A stretch of 64,000 bases of DNA from an uncultured Gammaproteobacteria bacterium (lineage in GTDB: Bacteria; Pseudomonadota; Gammaproteobacteria; JASBUN01), in contig CAVXJN010000001.1 of assembly GCA_963762165.1 (NCBI GenBank), positions 570,900 to 634,899 on the forward strand, read 5' to 3'. The first letter of the stretch is position 1; the number at the start of each line of letters is the position of its first letter. Shown here one piece after another: positions 9,106 to 17,867 of this stretch. The notes under the pieces are model-generated. The model was not told the DNA's origin. It searched no databases and saw nothing but the letters and a program-made list of their open reading frames with translations. The position numbers and the translations under genes were made by a program.

Positions 9106-9934
9106 GTTATCTATGAGCTTGAATACTAGCAGACTTTTTACCGTTTACGGATCCGCGAGGCCCGTCAAGCGCGCAGCGGCATGGCATGTCGGCCTGCTGA
9201 CCATGATCTTCCTGGCTACATCCTTGTGGGACTCGCCGCGGGCATCGGCGACTCAGACGCCTAAGGCTCAAGAGATCCTGCAGCGTGCGGACCGCATCCG
9301 CTTTCCCGGCGATCCGTTTCAGGTCGATGTTACCGTTACCAACGAAGAACAGGGTCGCAACGAGGAAGTGCGCAAATATCGCATACTGTCCAAAGGGCAC
9401 GACCGCACCCTCGTTCAGACGCTAGCCCCGGCAATCGACCGCGGCCAGATACTGCTGATGCGTGATCACGACCTATGGGCGTTTCTTCCCAACATCTCGC
9501 AACCGATACGGCTACCACTTTCGCAACGTTTAACCGGACAAGTAGCCAATGGAGACCTAGCAAGAGCCAATTTTGTCGGTGACTACTCGCCGAAGTTGCT
9601 CGGCCAAGAAAAACTCCGCGGCGACGATTACTATGTGCTCGAACTGAACGCGGTCGACCGATGGGTCACTTACCATCAGGTCAAATATTGGGTTCATACC
9701 AAGTCCTTTCGCCCCTACAAGGCTGAATACTACGCCCTGTCCGGACGCCTGCTAAAAACCGCGCGTTACCTGAATTTTCAACGACTCGGTGGCGACGAAC
9801 GCCCCAGCCGCCTTGTCATTGACGACGCTCTTCGCAACGGTCGTCGTTCAATCATGGACTACGCGCACATGCGACTTCGCAACCTTCCCGACAAGTACTT
9901 CAATAAGGATTACTTGAAAAAGCTGAGCCGCTAA
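9089..9934 (+). CDS. LolA-like outer-membrane lipoprotein-sorting family protein (periplasmic)
   Basis: 281 aa with a signal-peptide-like N-terminus (KRAAAWHVGLLTMIFLATSLW...ASA); family recalled as a frequent partner of FtsX-type ABC permeases; start codon uncertain. Confidence 0.5.
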   Translation: MNTSDTLSMSLNTSRLFTVYGSARPVKRAAAWHVGLLTMIFLATSLWDSPRASATQTPKAQEILQRADRIRFPGDPFQVDVTVTNEEQGRNEEVRKYRILSKGHDRTLVQTLAPAIDRGQILLMRDHDLWAFLPNISQPIRLPLSQRLTGQVANGDLARANFVGDYSPKLLGQEKLRGDDYYVLELNAVDRWVTYHQVKYWVHTKSFRPYKAEYYALSGRLLKTARYLNFQRLGGDERPSRLVIDDALRNGRRSIMDYAHMRLRNLPDKYFNKDYLKKLSR

Positions 9935-9975
9935 ACGGATATCCAACGGGACAAACTCGACTCGAGCGGTTTGCC

Positions 9976-11187
9976 TCATATATTTTGGCGCAGCGCATTG
10001 ACGATATGCAATTTCGAGGCTCTTCGTGCCGGAAATAACGACGCCAAGACTGCCGCGACTGCACCAACAACACTCGCCAATGCTAGCACTGACGGGACAA
10101 TGCGAATCGATGCGACATAGCCAGTATTGGAGCCCGGCGGAGGAGGCATCTGTATTCCGATTTGCGAAAGCACAAGCGAGAGCAATGCACCAATACCGAC
10201 GCCGAGTGCCGCGCCGGTCAAGCCCAGTATTATGTTCTCAACCAGCACCAGTCGAAAGATTTGGCCACGCCGGTTGCCGAGCGCCAGCAAAGTCCCGAAT
10301 TCGCCAGTTCGCTCGTAGATTGTCATGTTGACGGTGCTTGCGACACCGAGCAATACCATGATCAGGATAATCGCCTGAAGCGTAGCGAACTGACGCCGGT
10401 AAAGTGCGACCGTCTTATTGTAGAAATCTGCCAACTCGTACCAAGGCTTGATTTCATATCGCCCGCTGTCCAAGCGGTCGGTCAACGCCTGGACGACACG
10501 ATCCGTATTTTCCGTCCGGTCCAGGACCGCAATGATCGAATGCACTGCATTCGAAAACAACAACTCTTTGGCCGTGGACAACGGGACTCGAACCGCGCGA
10601 TCGTCGTAATCCTTGGAAAAACTTCGAAATACGCCTATCACATTGAATTCTAATGTATTTAACGCACCTTCTGGCGTGCTTACCGTGACTGTCACGTAGC
10701 TGCCTGGCTTGAGTTGCAGCGCTCCGGCGACACCCTCACCAATCAATGCGCCATATTGATCCGATCCTGTTAACTGTCTGCCCGCAACGATTGTCAATGC
10801 GGAGCCCAGCCGGGCTTCCGCATCCGGCTCGATCCCCTCCCCGCGGATTGGAATATCCCCTTTTCCATTGCTCGCCATTCCGGAAAAATAAGAGCGCGCC
10901 AGCACTTCTTTCACATGCGGCAGCGCCGTCAACCGCTCCACTAGCTTCGCCGGATCGCTGATCGAATACTTCACCGGATCACGACGACCGAATTTTGAGT
11001 ACCCTGCGTGGAACACTTGCAGGTGTCCCAAGCGAGAATGAATCGTGGCTTCGCGCAACTGCACGAACGAGTCTTCGATGAAGCCACCGCTGACGACGAT
11101 CGCGGCTACGCCTGATACGATCGCCGCCAATGTAATTGCCGTGCGAAGACGATGCCGAAACGTATTACGAAATGCGAGCTTCAACAT
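9976..11187 (-). CDS. ABC transporter permease, FtsX/MacB/LolE-like
   Basis: 403 aa; N-terminal TM, large periplasmic domain, three C-terminal TMs (FtsX fold); paralog of the next gene. Confidence 0.8.
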   Translation of the reverse strand: MLKLAFRNTFRHRLRTAITLAAIVSGVAAIVVSGGFIEDSFVQLREATIHSRLGHLQVFHAGYSKFGRRDPVKYSISDPAKLVERLTALPHVKEVLARSYFSGMASNGKGDIPIRGEGIEPDAEARLGSALTIVAGRQLTGSDQYGALIGEGVAGALQLKPGSYVTVTVSTPEGALNTLEFNVIGVFRSFSKDYDDRAVRVPLSTAKELLFSNAVHSIIAVLDRTENTDRVVQALTDRLDSGRYEIKPWYELADFYNKTVALYRRQFATLQAIILIMVLLGVASTVNMTIYERTGEFGTLLALGNRRGQIFRLVLVENIILGLTGAALGVGIGALLSLVLSQIGIQMPPPPGSNTGYVASIRIVPSVLALASVVGAVAAVLASLFPARRASKLHIVNALRQNI

Positions 11188-11211
11188 TTCTGAGCACCAG
11201 CGATGTTGAAC

Positions 11212-12441
11212 TTAGATAGAATGACGCAGCGCATCCACAATCTCTAAACGAGAAGCCTTCCACGCCGGATAGACTCCAGCGATACTCGTAGTCACCCATG
11301 CGAGCAAAAATGCATTAGCCACGATCCCCCACGTGAGAAGGATTTGACCAGTGTATCCTTTGTCCATTCCTGGCGGCGGCGGCATGGGGATACCGATTAT
11401 TGAAATCAGCCACGCGAGCACAGCGCCGATGCCAAGTCCTAAGATCGCTCCGATCAACCCCAAGAGTGAGCTTTCCCAAAGAAAGAGACGAAGAATCGTT
11501 TTTCTCTTTAAGCCGATCGCCATCAAAGTACCGATTTCTCCCGTACGCTCCAGTACATTCATCACCAGAACATTGGAAATACTCAACACCACGATAAGAG
11601 CGATGATGAGCTCAACGGCCCCCATTTGCTCAGACAGTAACTTCACCGTTTTTCTGTAGAAATCCGCACGGGCGTACCACGGAATGAATTTCACATTACG
11701 ACGCTCGGAATGGAACCGTGCTCGTAACGCTCGCAGCATATCACCAGTACTTTCCGTATCGGTTAGCAAAATCAGCCACGAATGAGATCCCGAAGTTCGC
11801 AACAGCGTGCGGGCTTGGCTGATAGGCAACCGCAGAGCGGCATCATCGTATGCTTTGCTTACACTCACGAACAGGCCGACCACGCGGAGCTCGATCGCGT
11901 TTATTCCTCCACTTTCCGAATTAGCCAAAAGCACCACCGAATCGCCGGGTTTAGCGTTTAGGTTTCTAGCCAGTCCGCGTCCAAGAACCACTTCACGTTC
12001 ATCGGGGGCCCCCGCGTGGGATAGGCCTCTACCTGACACTATCCTTAATGCACGACTGAGCTTCACTTCTTTTCCGGGCTCGACCCCCTCGCCGAGAAAT
12101 GAAACGGTCGTATCCCCCCGACTAATCATGCCGCTTAGGGAAAGGCGCTCGGCGATTAGGTCGACGCCGGGCATTTTTTCTATCTGTTTCTCCAACGGAG
12201 AATTTTCCGGCAACAGATAGGCAAAGGGATCCGCGACGCCCGCTTCCTCGTAGCCTGGCTGAACCACTTGAATGTGGCCGAATTGTGAATGAATCGTCGC
12301 TTCACGCATTGCCCAAAAAATCCACGCAACGAAGCCCTCGGCCAGCATCAGGGCCACTACCGCCGCTACGACCGTAGCCAGCGCTATTGACGCACGTCGG
12401 CGATTACGCAAAAGATTCCGGACTGGCAATGGTATTTGCAC
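11212..12441 (-). CDS. ABC transporter permease, FtsX/MacB/LolE-like (second copy)
   Basis: 409 aa with the same architecture; IPMPPPPG motif shared with 9976..11187. Confidence 0.8.
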   Translation of the reverse strand: MQIPLPVRNLLRNRRRASIALATVVAAVVALMLAEGFVAWIFWAMREATIHSQFGHIQVVQPGYEEAGVADPFAYLLPENSPLEKQIEKMPGVDLIAERLSLSGMISRGDTTVSFLGEGVEPGKEVKLSRALRIVSGRGLSHAGAPDEREVVLGRGLARNLNAKPGDSVVLLANSESGGINAIELRVVGLFVSVSKAYDDAALRLPISQARTLLRTSGSHSWLILLTDTESTGDMLRALRARFHSERRNVKFIPWYARADFYRKTVKLLSEQMGAVELIIALIVVLSISNVLVMNVLERTGEIGTLMAIGLKRKTILRLFLWESSLLGLIGAILGLGIGAVLAWLISIIGIPMPPPPGMDKGYTGQILLTWGIVANAFLLAWVTTSIAGVYPAWKASRLEIVDALRHSI

Positions 12442-13021
12442 GATACGCTGATGCCTAACGACGCTCTGTTAGCAGGCGCCAATCTTACCACGGCACGATT
12501 CCGCGCCGCCGAAAACCACGGTCTCGCAATCGACCAACGATGGAACACCACACATGGCAAAAATGACTATGCACAATCTTGCGGAGAAATCGCGATCATG
12601 GCGTCCGCTCGCCATTCTAAAGCGAATGCCCATGCCACTACTCGACTACCCCAGCCAATACTGTCAGCACACAGACGCCATTTCATCCAACGAGAAAAAT
12701 GCGGCGTAGGTCACAGATGCCTTCTAGACAAAGGCCGCTTTTTCAATTATATAACGGTATCTGACACACCGCGCGACAGGTTGAATTTCCCATCCCGGGA
12801 CGGGTTCACGACCCGTCTACCGTCGTCACGCTGAATAGCAACGATCGGCGCGCCTCGAGTTAATCGCCGATACCGGCCATAAAAAACAACGCTCGACAGA
12901 CAATAATTATGAAGCTTTGTGCTTTGCCTGCCCTTCTCCCCTCTCGATCGAGTTGCCCTAGCACGACCCGCACAAAGGATCGCGACAAGAGTATCGACCG
13001 AAACGATGTGCTTAAATAGAC

Positions 13022-14122
13022 ATGAATTCTTCAGGTAGCCAAAAGGTGGTCACCAATTACGGACTCATGACTGCGTTTTTACAACGCATGATTGCTGCAG
13101 GCATCCGCGCCCCATCTGGAGACAATTGCCAGCCGTGGTGGTTTGAGGCGAGCGCAGGGAATACACTTAGCATCCACGTCGATCTACCGCAGGCCGAAAG
13201 CTTTTTCGATTTCAAGCACCGCGGGTCCCTGCTATCAGTCGGAGCAGTAATCGAGAACATGCGCCTCCAGGCAGCCATGGAGGGTTTTGACTGCACGTTA
13301 TCGTACCCCGGGAACACCGGGGAAACCGGTCCCGCAGCTCAGGTAGCATTCCGACCCACATCCGCCAAAGGGTCTCAGGCTACGCTGCAAGCCGCAATGT
13401 GGCAACGTACCGTCAACCGACGGCCGTTCCTACCAGCACGGATCATGCGCAGTAAACTTCAGGCGTTGACTGAGAACCCTGTCGCAGGCGTGCGCGTCAG
13501 ATTTTTCCAGCGTCGCAGTGAAATCAAACAATGGGCGCGGCTGATCTATGCAGCGGATCGAATACGATATTCTCACCCAGTTATTCATGAGCAGGTATTT
13601 TCGAAAATTCTTTTGTCCAAGAATGAAGCACTAACCAAACGTGTCGGACTGGAAATCGATCGTCTCGGCGCAGGACCCATCGCCAAACCACTCATGCGCT
13701 TGATACGTCCTTGGGACCGAATGCATCGGCTCCGATATATTGCCGCGGACCGATTACTCGCCCGTCAAGCACAGATGCTGGCCCTGGCCAGCGGTGCGCT
13801 GTGCGTCGTTTCGATCGAGACCAATGACAACGACGCTTGGATTCGCGCGGGCGAACAAGTCGAACGCTTATGGATCAAAGCACAGTCATTAGGACTATGT
13901 GTACATCCTATAACCGTGGCTCTTTTCCTTGACATGCGCTACCGCGAAACCGGCACAGACGGATTTCGGGCCGATCACCAAAAGTTCTTGGAAGAGATCC
14001 GCGCGGGCATCGACCGCTTGATCCCAGACGGCCAATGCGCCATGTTGTTTCGGCTTGGAGTTGGCCCAATGATGGCACATCCGGCCGTTCGCAAATCCCC
14101 GGAAACGTTTCTTCGGCAATAA
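13022..14122 (+). CDS. Nitroreductase-superfamily flavoprotein, two-lobed/tandem type (366 aa)
   Basis: N-terminal nitroreductase motif RAPSGDNCQPWWFE; length consistent with tandem-lobed nitroreductase/SagB-like dehydrogenases. Confidence 0.55.
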   Translation: MNSSGSQKVVTNYGLMTAFLQRMIAAGIRAPSGDNCQPWWFEASAGNTLSIHVDLPQAESFFDFKHRGSLLSVGAVIENMRLQAAMEGFDCTLSYPGNTGETGPAAQVAFRPTSAKGSQATLQAAMWQRTVNRRPFLPARIMRSKLQALTENPVAGVRVRFFQRRSEIKQWARLIYAADRIRYSHPVIHEQVFSKILLSKNEALTKRVGLEIDRLGAGPIAKPLMRLIRPWDRMHRLRYIAADRLLARQAQMLALASGALCVVSIETNDNDAWIRAGEQVERLWIKAQSLGLCVHPITVALFLDMRYRETGTDGFRADHQKFLEEIRAGIDRLIPDGQCAMLFRLGVGPMMAHPAVRKSPETFLRQ

Positions 14123-14188
14123 AACGCAGCGTCTGCGCATAATAGCTGTCATATTCAAACGAAACGCGTGCCCCACGGAGAGTGTAAT

Positions 14189-15220
14189 ATGGACAAAGAA
14201 CTGAAATTCGACGACTTAGCCCTGATTGCCGCGGGCCATACCGCGTTCCAACTATTGTGGTCCGGTCTGCAACTCGGGTTGTTTGATTTCCTGTCCGCGA
14301 ATCCCGGTGCATCACGTGACCAGATCATGAAACACGCGGACCTCCAGGAGCAACCTGCCCGAATTCTCTTGATCGGTCTAACGACACTGAAGCTGATAAA
14401 AAAGGAAGGGGATGGTTATCGGAACGCCGACGTGGTAGCGCAAGTTCTGGTATCCAATAGCCCAGCGTACATGGGCGACGTGTTGGGATGGCAATACCAT
14501 ATTGTCTATCCGGGCGAGATGGACCTTCTTCGCGCGTTGCAGGAAAATACGAATGTGGGGCTGGGGCGATTCACCGGCACGGAAAACAACCTCTATGATC
14601 GCCTCTCGCACACCCCCGAACTGGAGAAGATTTTCCATGACGCGATGAGTTCGTTATCGAAGTCGGCCAATGTGCTTCTGGCCGAAGAGGTCCCCCTCAC
14701 GAGCATCTCTCATCTGGTCGACGCAGGCGGAGGCGATGGTACGAACGCTATCACCCTCGCTAAAGCCAACCCGCATCTCAAGGTCACCGTATTTGACTCG
14801 CCCACGGTCTGCGCCTTGGCTGAGCAGAACATACGCGAGGCAGGCATGGGGGACCGTGTAGACACCTTTCACGGCAACCTTTTTAACACCGACCTCCCCA
14901 CTGGTATCGACGCCATCTTGCTGGCGCACATGATGACCATCTGGTCTCCGGAGCACGACACGACTGTGCTGAAAAAGGCTTATGACGCGCTTCCCGCCGG
15001 AGGTCGGGTGATCGTGTTCAATATGATGGGGAACGACGATGAAGACGGGCCAATCACGGCAGCGTTGGGATCGCCCTATTTCCTGTCGATCGCCACCGGC
15101 GAAGGCATGCTATACACCTGGAAAGATTATGAATCATTTATGGACCGCGCCGGCTTTAAAAAGATCGAACGCATTTCACTGCCAAGAGATCACGGCGTGC
15201 TAATCGGCATCAAGCAATGA
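14189..15220 (+). CDS. Class I SAM-dependent O-methyltransferase (COMT-like, dimerisation domain plus Methyltransf_2)
   Basis: SAM motif LVDAGGGDGTNAITLAKANPHLKVTVFD; ATG at 14189 preceded by GGAGAG; the ORF tool's 14168 start is GTG. Confidence 0.7.
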   Translation: MDKELKFDDLALIAAGHTAFQLLWSGLQLGLFDFLSANPGASRDQIMKHADLQEQPARILLIGLTTLKLIKKEGDGYRNADVVAQVLVSNSPAYMGDVLGWQYHIVYPGEMDLLRALQENTNVGLGRFTGTENNLYDRLSHTPELEKIFHDAMSSLSKSANVLLAEEVPLTSISHLVDAGGGDGTNAITLAKANPHLKVTVFDSPTVCALAEQNIREAGMGDRVDTFHGNLFNTDLPTGIDAILLAHMMTIWSPEHDTTVLKKAYDALPAGGRVIVFNMMGNDDEDGPITAALGSPYFLSIATGEGMLYTWKDYESFMDRAGFKKIERISLPRDHGVLIGIKQ

Positions 15221-16152
15221 CGCAACCGGAAGCCGATAAGAAGCCGCGCAATCCACAAGGTCAAGTCGACGCGCAATTCGACTATCACGCTGCTTTCAGT
15301 CGCAACCTTGGGCTGGTGCAACCCGAAGAGCAGGACACGCTTCGCCGCAGCAAGATCGCGATCGCGGGCCTGGGAGGCGTTGGAGGGGTACATGTGCACA
15401 CCCTTGCACGGCTGGGCATCGGACGATTCCATCTCGCCGATTTCGACTCGTTCGAGTTGCCAAACTTCAATCGCCAAGCGGGCGCAACTGTGTCAAATCT
15501 GGGCAAGAGCAAATGCAGCGTGATGGCTGCTACTTTGACGGACATAAATCCAACGTCTGAAATTACGAGGTTCGAAGACGGGATCCATGCCGGCAACGTA
15601 GATCGGTTTCTTGAAGATGTCGATGTCGTTGTGGACGGCCTCGATTTTTTCGCCGTTGAGGCCCGCGATTTGCTCTATACCCGCGCTCGCGAGGCTGGCC
15701 TTCCCGTCGTCGGCGCAGGCCCCATCGGTTTCAGCGCGATTCTGCTTGTTTTCACACCCGATGGAATGGGCTGGCACGAATATTTCGCGATGGACCTCGC
15801 CAAAAATACGGTGGACAAGTACGTGCTGTTCGGCTTGGGTAATGCGCCGAAGGCTACCCATCTATCCTACATGGATAGGCGCTATGTCAGCCTGGATAAG
15901 AAAATCGGCCCTTCCTGCGCCGCCGCCGTGCAATTATGCGGCGGCTGGATCGGGGCCGAAGTGGTTAAACTGTTGTTGGGCAGGGGGCCTGTATTGGCTG
16001 CGCCCTATTACCACCAATTCGACGCATACAAATGCAAATATGTGCGCGGAAAGTTGAGATGGGGGAATAAAGGACCGTTACAGAGGCTGAAGTTCCTGAT
16101 CTTCAAAAAGATCTATCTCTCGAAATCGCAGAACGCCCGTCAACCGATCTAG
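15217..16152 (+). CDS. ThiF/MoeB/HesA-family E1-like adenylyltransferase (no C-terminal CxxC or rhodanese)
   Basis: Rossmann motif IAIAGLGGVGGVHVHTLARLGIGRFHLADFD...NFNRQ; start overlaps the stop of the methyltransferase (ATGA), suggesting translational coupling. Confidence 0.7.
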   Translation: MTQPEADKKPRNPQGQVDAQFDYHAAFSRNLGLVQPEEQDTLRRSKIAIAGLGGVGGVHVHTLARLGIGRFHLADFDSFELPNFNRQAGATVSNLGKSKCSVMAATLTDINPTSEITRFEDGIHAGNVDRFLEDVDVVVDGLDFFAVEARDLLYTRAREAGLPVVGAGPIGFSAILLVFTPDGMGWHEYFAMDLAKNTVDKYVLFGLGNAPKATHLSYMDRRYVSLDKKIGPSCAAAVQLCGGWIGAEVVKLLLGRGPVLAAPYYHQFDAYKCKYVRGKLRWGNKGPLQRLKFLIFKKIYLSKSQNARQPI

Positions 16153-16234
16153 CGACACCCGTAAGCCGCTTATTCGCTCACGCGCCGACCCGATCTCAGC
16201 AAAACCTGTTTGCCGCTGCATCGGCATAAAAAAA

Positions 16235-16263
16235 CCGCACAGCCAAATCGGCTGTGCGGTTTC
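16235..16263. terminator. Bidirectional rho-independent terminator between convergent genes
   Basis: A-run, then CCGCACAGCC-AAATC-GGCTGTGCGG hairpin (10-bp stem), then TTTC; lies between the ThiF gene and the PEP-CTERM gene. Confidence 0.7.
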
Positions 16264-16283
16264 AGGCAAAAGCCGCGCTGCGC

Positions 16284-17300
16284 TTAGCTACGCGAGGCTT
16301 TCTTCCGACGGCGGGCGGCGCCCGCAAAGCCGGACACAGCAAGCCCGGTTCCCAGCAGGGCCAGTACGCCAGGCTCCGGAACTGCAGTCACATTGACGCT
16401 GGTCAGTGCCGCCAAGGTTAACGTCCAGTTCCCCGCCGTCAGTCCGCTCACATTGAGGCCGAACGTGGAGGCGCCGGTACCAAGGCTGTGGCTCTGACTA
16501 CTGTTGTCGGGGCCGACACCCAGGGTAAGGTTCAAGTCTTCGCTATCTGCGGTCTCGGTACACGCAAGGCCGCCAGAGGCGTCACAATTGTTTGCTGCGG
16601 TACCTTGCGGCGACCAGCTCACTTCCCCGCTGCCACCGGATAGCTGCTGCAGACCGAACGACGCTGTCATGTTAGACTGGGCCAAACCGAGTCCCGTCAA
16701 CTGGTTCACCAGCGCCTGCATTTCCGGATTGGCGCTGAAGTCGAGAATCAAGGTCGCGGGTGAGACCAACCCATTAGCGAGGGTAAACGACAGCGTGAAG
16801 GTAGTGTTGGATTGAATGTTCGTCGATGCCTGCCCTTGGCCGGTGTTCGCAACCTCCGACTCCGCGACCTGCTTGGTCGAAGTCGGTGTTCCCGTCACCA
16901 ACTCGGAAGTGGAGATTTCCGCGTTGGAGTTCGAGTAGGTGCCGGAACCGGGCCCAAACAGGCTGTAGTTGCTGTCCGCACGAGTGATCGAGCTGCTCGG
17001 CGCATTCGCGGCAGGCACGGTCAACACCGGCGATGTAGCGCTACACGGGGTGCCAAAGCTACCACAACCCGCAGCATTCGCATCGGTAGCGCCATTCAGC
17101 GTCGCCGAATCTTCGACGTTGAAGGTGTACCGGGGGCTAACCCCAGTGATCGGGTCATTGTTGGCATCGAACAGTTGGATGCTCAGGCTATTGATATCGA
17201 GAGACGAACCCGCGTATACGTTCGCGCTGGCTTCGCCTACTGCTCCCATCCCGATCGCAGCCGAGACAGCAGCTACCAAAGTTGCTTTTTTCATGTTCAT
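16284..17300 (-). CDS. PEP-CTERM sorting-domain secreted protein (exosortase substrate)
   Basis: N-terminal signal peptide; Ser/Thr/Gly/Asn-rich body; C-terminus VPEPGVLALLGTGLAVSGFAGAARRRKKASRS (VPEP, TM helix, basic tail); RBS AAGGAG upstream. Confidence 0.9.
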   Translation of the reverse strand: MNMKKATLVAAVSAAIGMGAVGEASANVYAGSSLDINSLSIQLFDANNDPITGVSPRYTFNVEDSATLNGATDANAAGCGSFGTPCSATSPVLTVPAANAPSSSITRADSNYSLFGPGSGTYSNSNAEISTSELVTGTPTSTKQVAESEVANTGQGQASTNIQSNTTFTLSFTLANGLVSPATLILDFSANPEMQALVNQLTGLGLAQSNMTASFGLQQLSGGSGEVSWSPQGTAANNCDASGGLACTETADSEDLNLTLGVGPDNSSQSHSLGTGASTFGLNVSGLTAGNWTLTLAALTSVNVTAVPEPGVLALLGTGLAVSGFAGAARRRKKASRS

Positions 17301-17410
17301 CGCTCGTGTTCTCCTTATGTTCGAGCAGTTCCAAGATACTTAAACGTGTGTAAATTTTTTGGGGCTCTTCGTCCTTGCCCCGGCCGTATCGGCTCGCGTC
17401 GTCCTCATGA

Positions 17411-17428
17411 ATGCAAACAGCGGGCCAA
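17411..17428 (-). promoter_or_regulatory. Sigma-54 (RpoN) -24/-12 promoter for the PEP-CTERM gene
   Basis: Minus-strand TTGGCCCGCTGTTTGCAT matches TGGCACG-N4-TTGCW at GG, GC and spacing; about 110 nt upstream of the start codon; the sigma-54 activator PrsR is encoded in this window. Confidence 0.7.
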
Positions 17429-17443
17429 GATTTCGAATACACT

Positions 17444-17462
17444 GTAAATCAGTGGCTTACAA
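17444..17462 (-). promoter_or_regulatory. Inverted repeat TGTAA-N9-TTACA upstream of the sigma-54 promoter (candidate enhancer/PrsR site)
   Basis: Minus-strand TGTAAGCCACTGATTTACA, with further TTACA half-sites nearby (cattTTACAggcc, gatTTACAgtg), 20-60 nt upstream of the -24 element. Confidence 0.35.
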
Positions 17463-17867
17463 TCGCTCACCCGTGCCGGTCGGTGTCCGCGCGGCGCGGC
17501 CTGTAAAATGCGCTGACAGCGTGGCGCAGCGGCAGCGCGGCACTTTACGGAACGCGGCCGCGCCGCCGCCGCTAGTGGCTCGAAGCGGCGCTAGCGGGCT
17601 GTACCGTCGAGTCCTTTTACAGTGCCTACACGCCGCGATATCGGCCCAGGCCCCGCGCGCGACAGCGCATCGGGACTCGGCCACGTTCGCCGCTACCGAT
17701 TGGAGGCGGTTCGCGCCCCGGATTTGTCGAACTTATTGAAGAATTTAACGGAACCACGCCGCGTTGGGAGTATCTTTCTCTGCGAAAGTGCAGCAAAATC
17801 GAACCATTGCGCATCGGACGCCGCCCACACGAGCCCACGACACGGTTCCCTCGCACCTAGACAACCC

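Noticed and set aside
9934-9976. Palindromic CTCGACTCGAG within CAAAC...GTTTG between convergent LolA-like and permease genes as a bidirectional terminator
   Set aside because: Short, imperfect stem and no flanking T/A runs; could function, but the evidence is too weak to call.
12436-12834. 132-aa ORF in the 580-bp spacer upstream of the nitroreductase gene
   Set aside because: No RBS, unusual composition, no domain resemblance; likely non-coding promoter or leader region. The 17-codon MKLCALPALLPSRSSCP ORF at 12948-13001 was also considered as a precursor peptide but lacks an RBS and any leader features.
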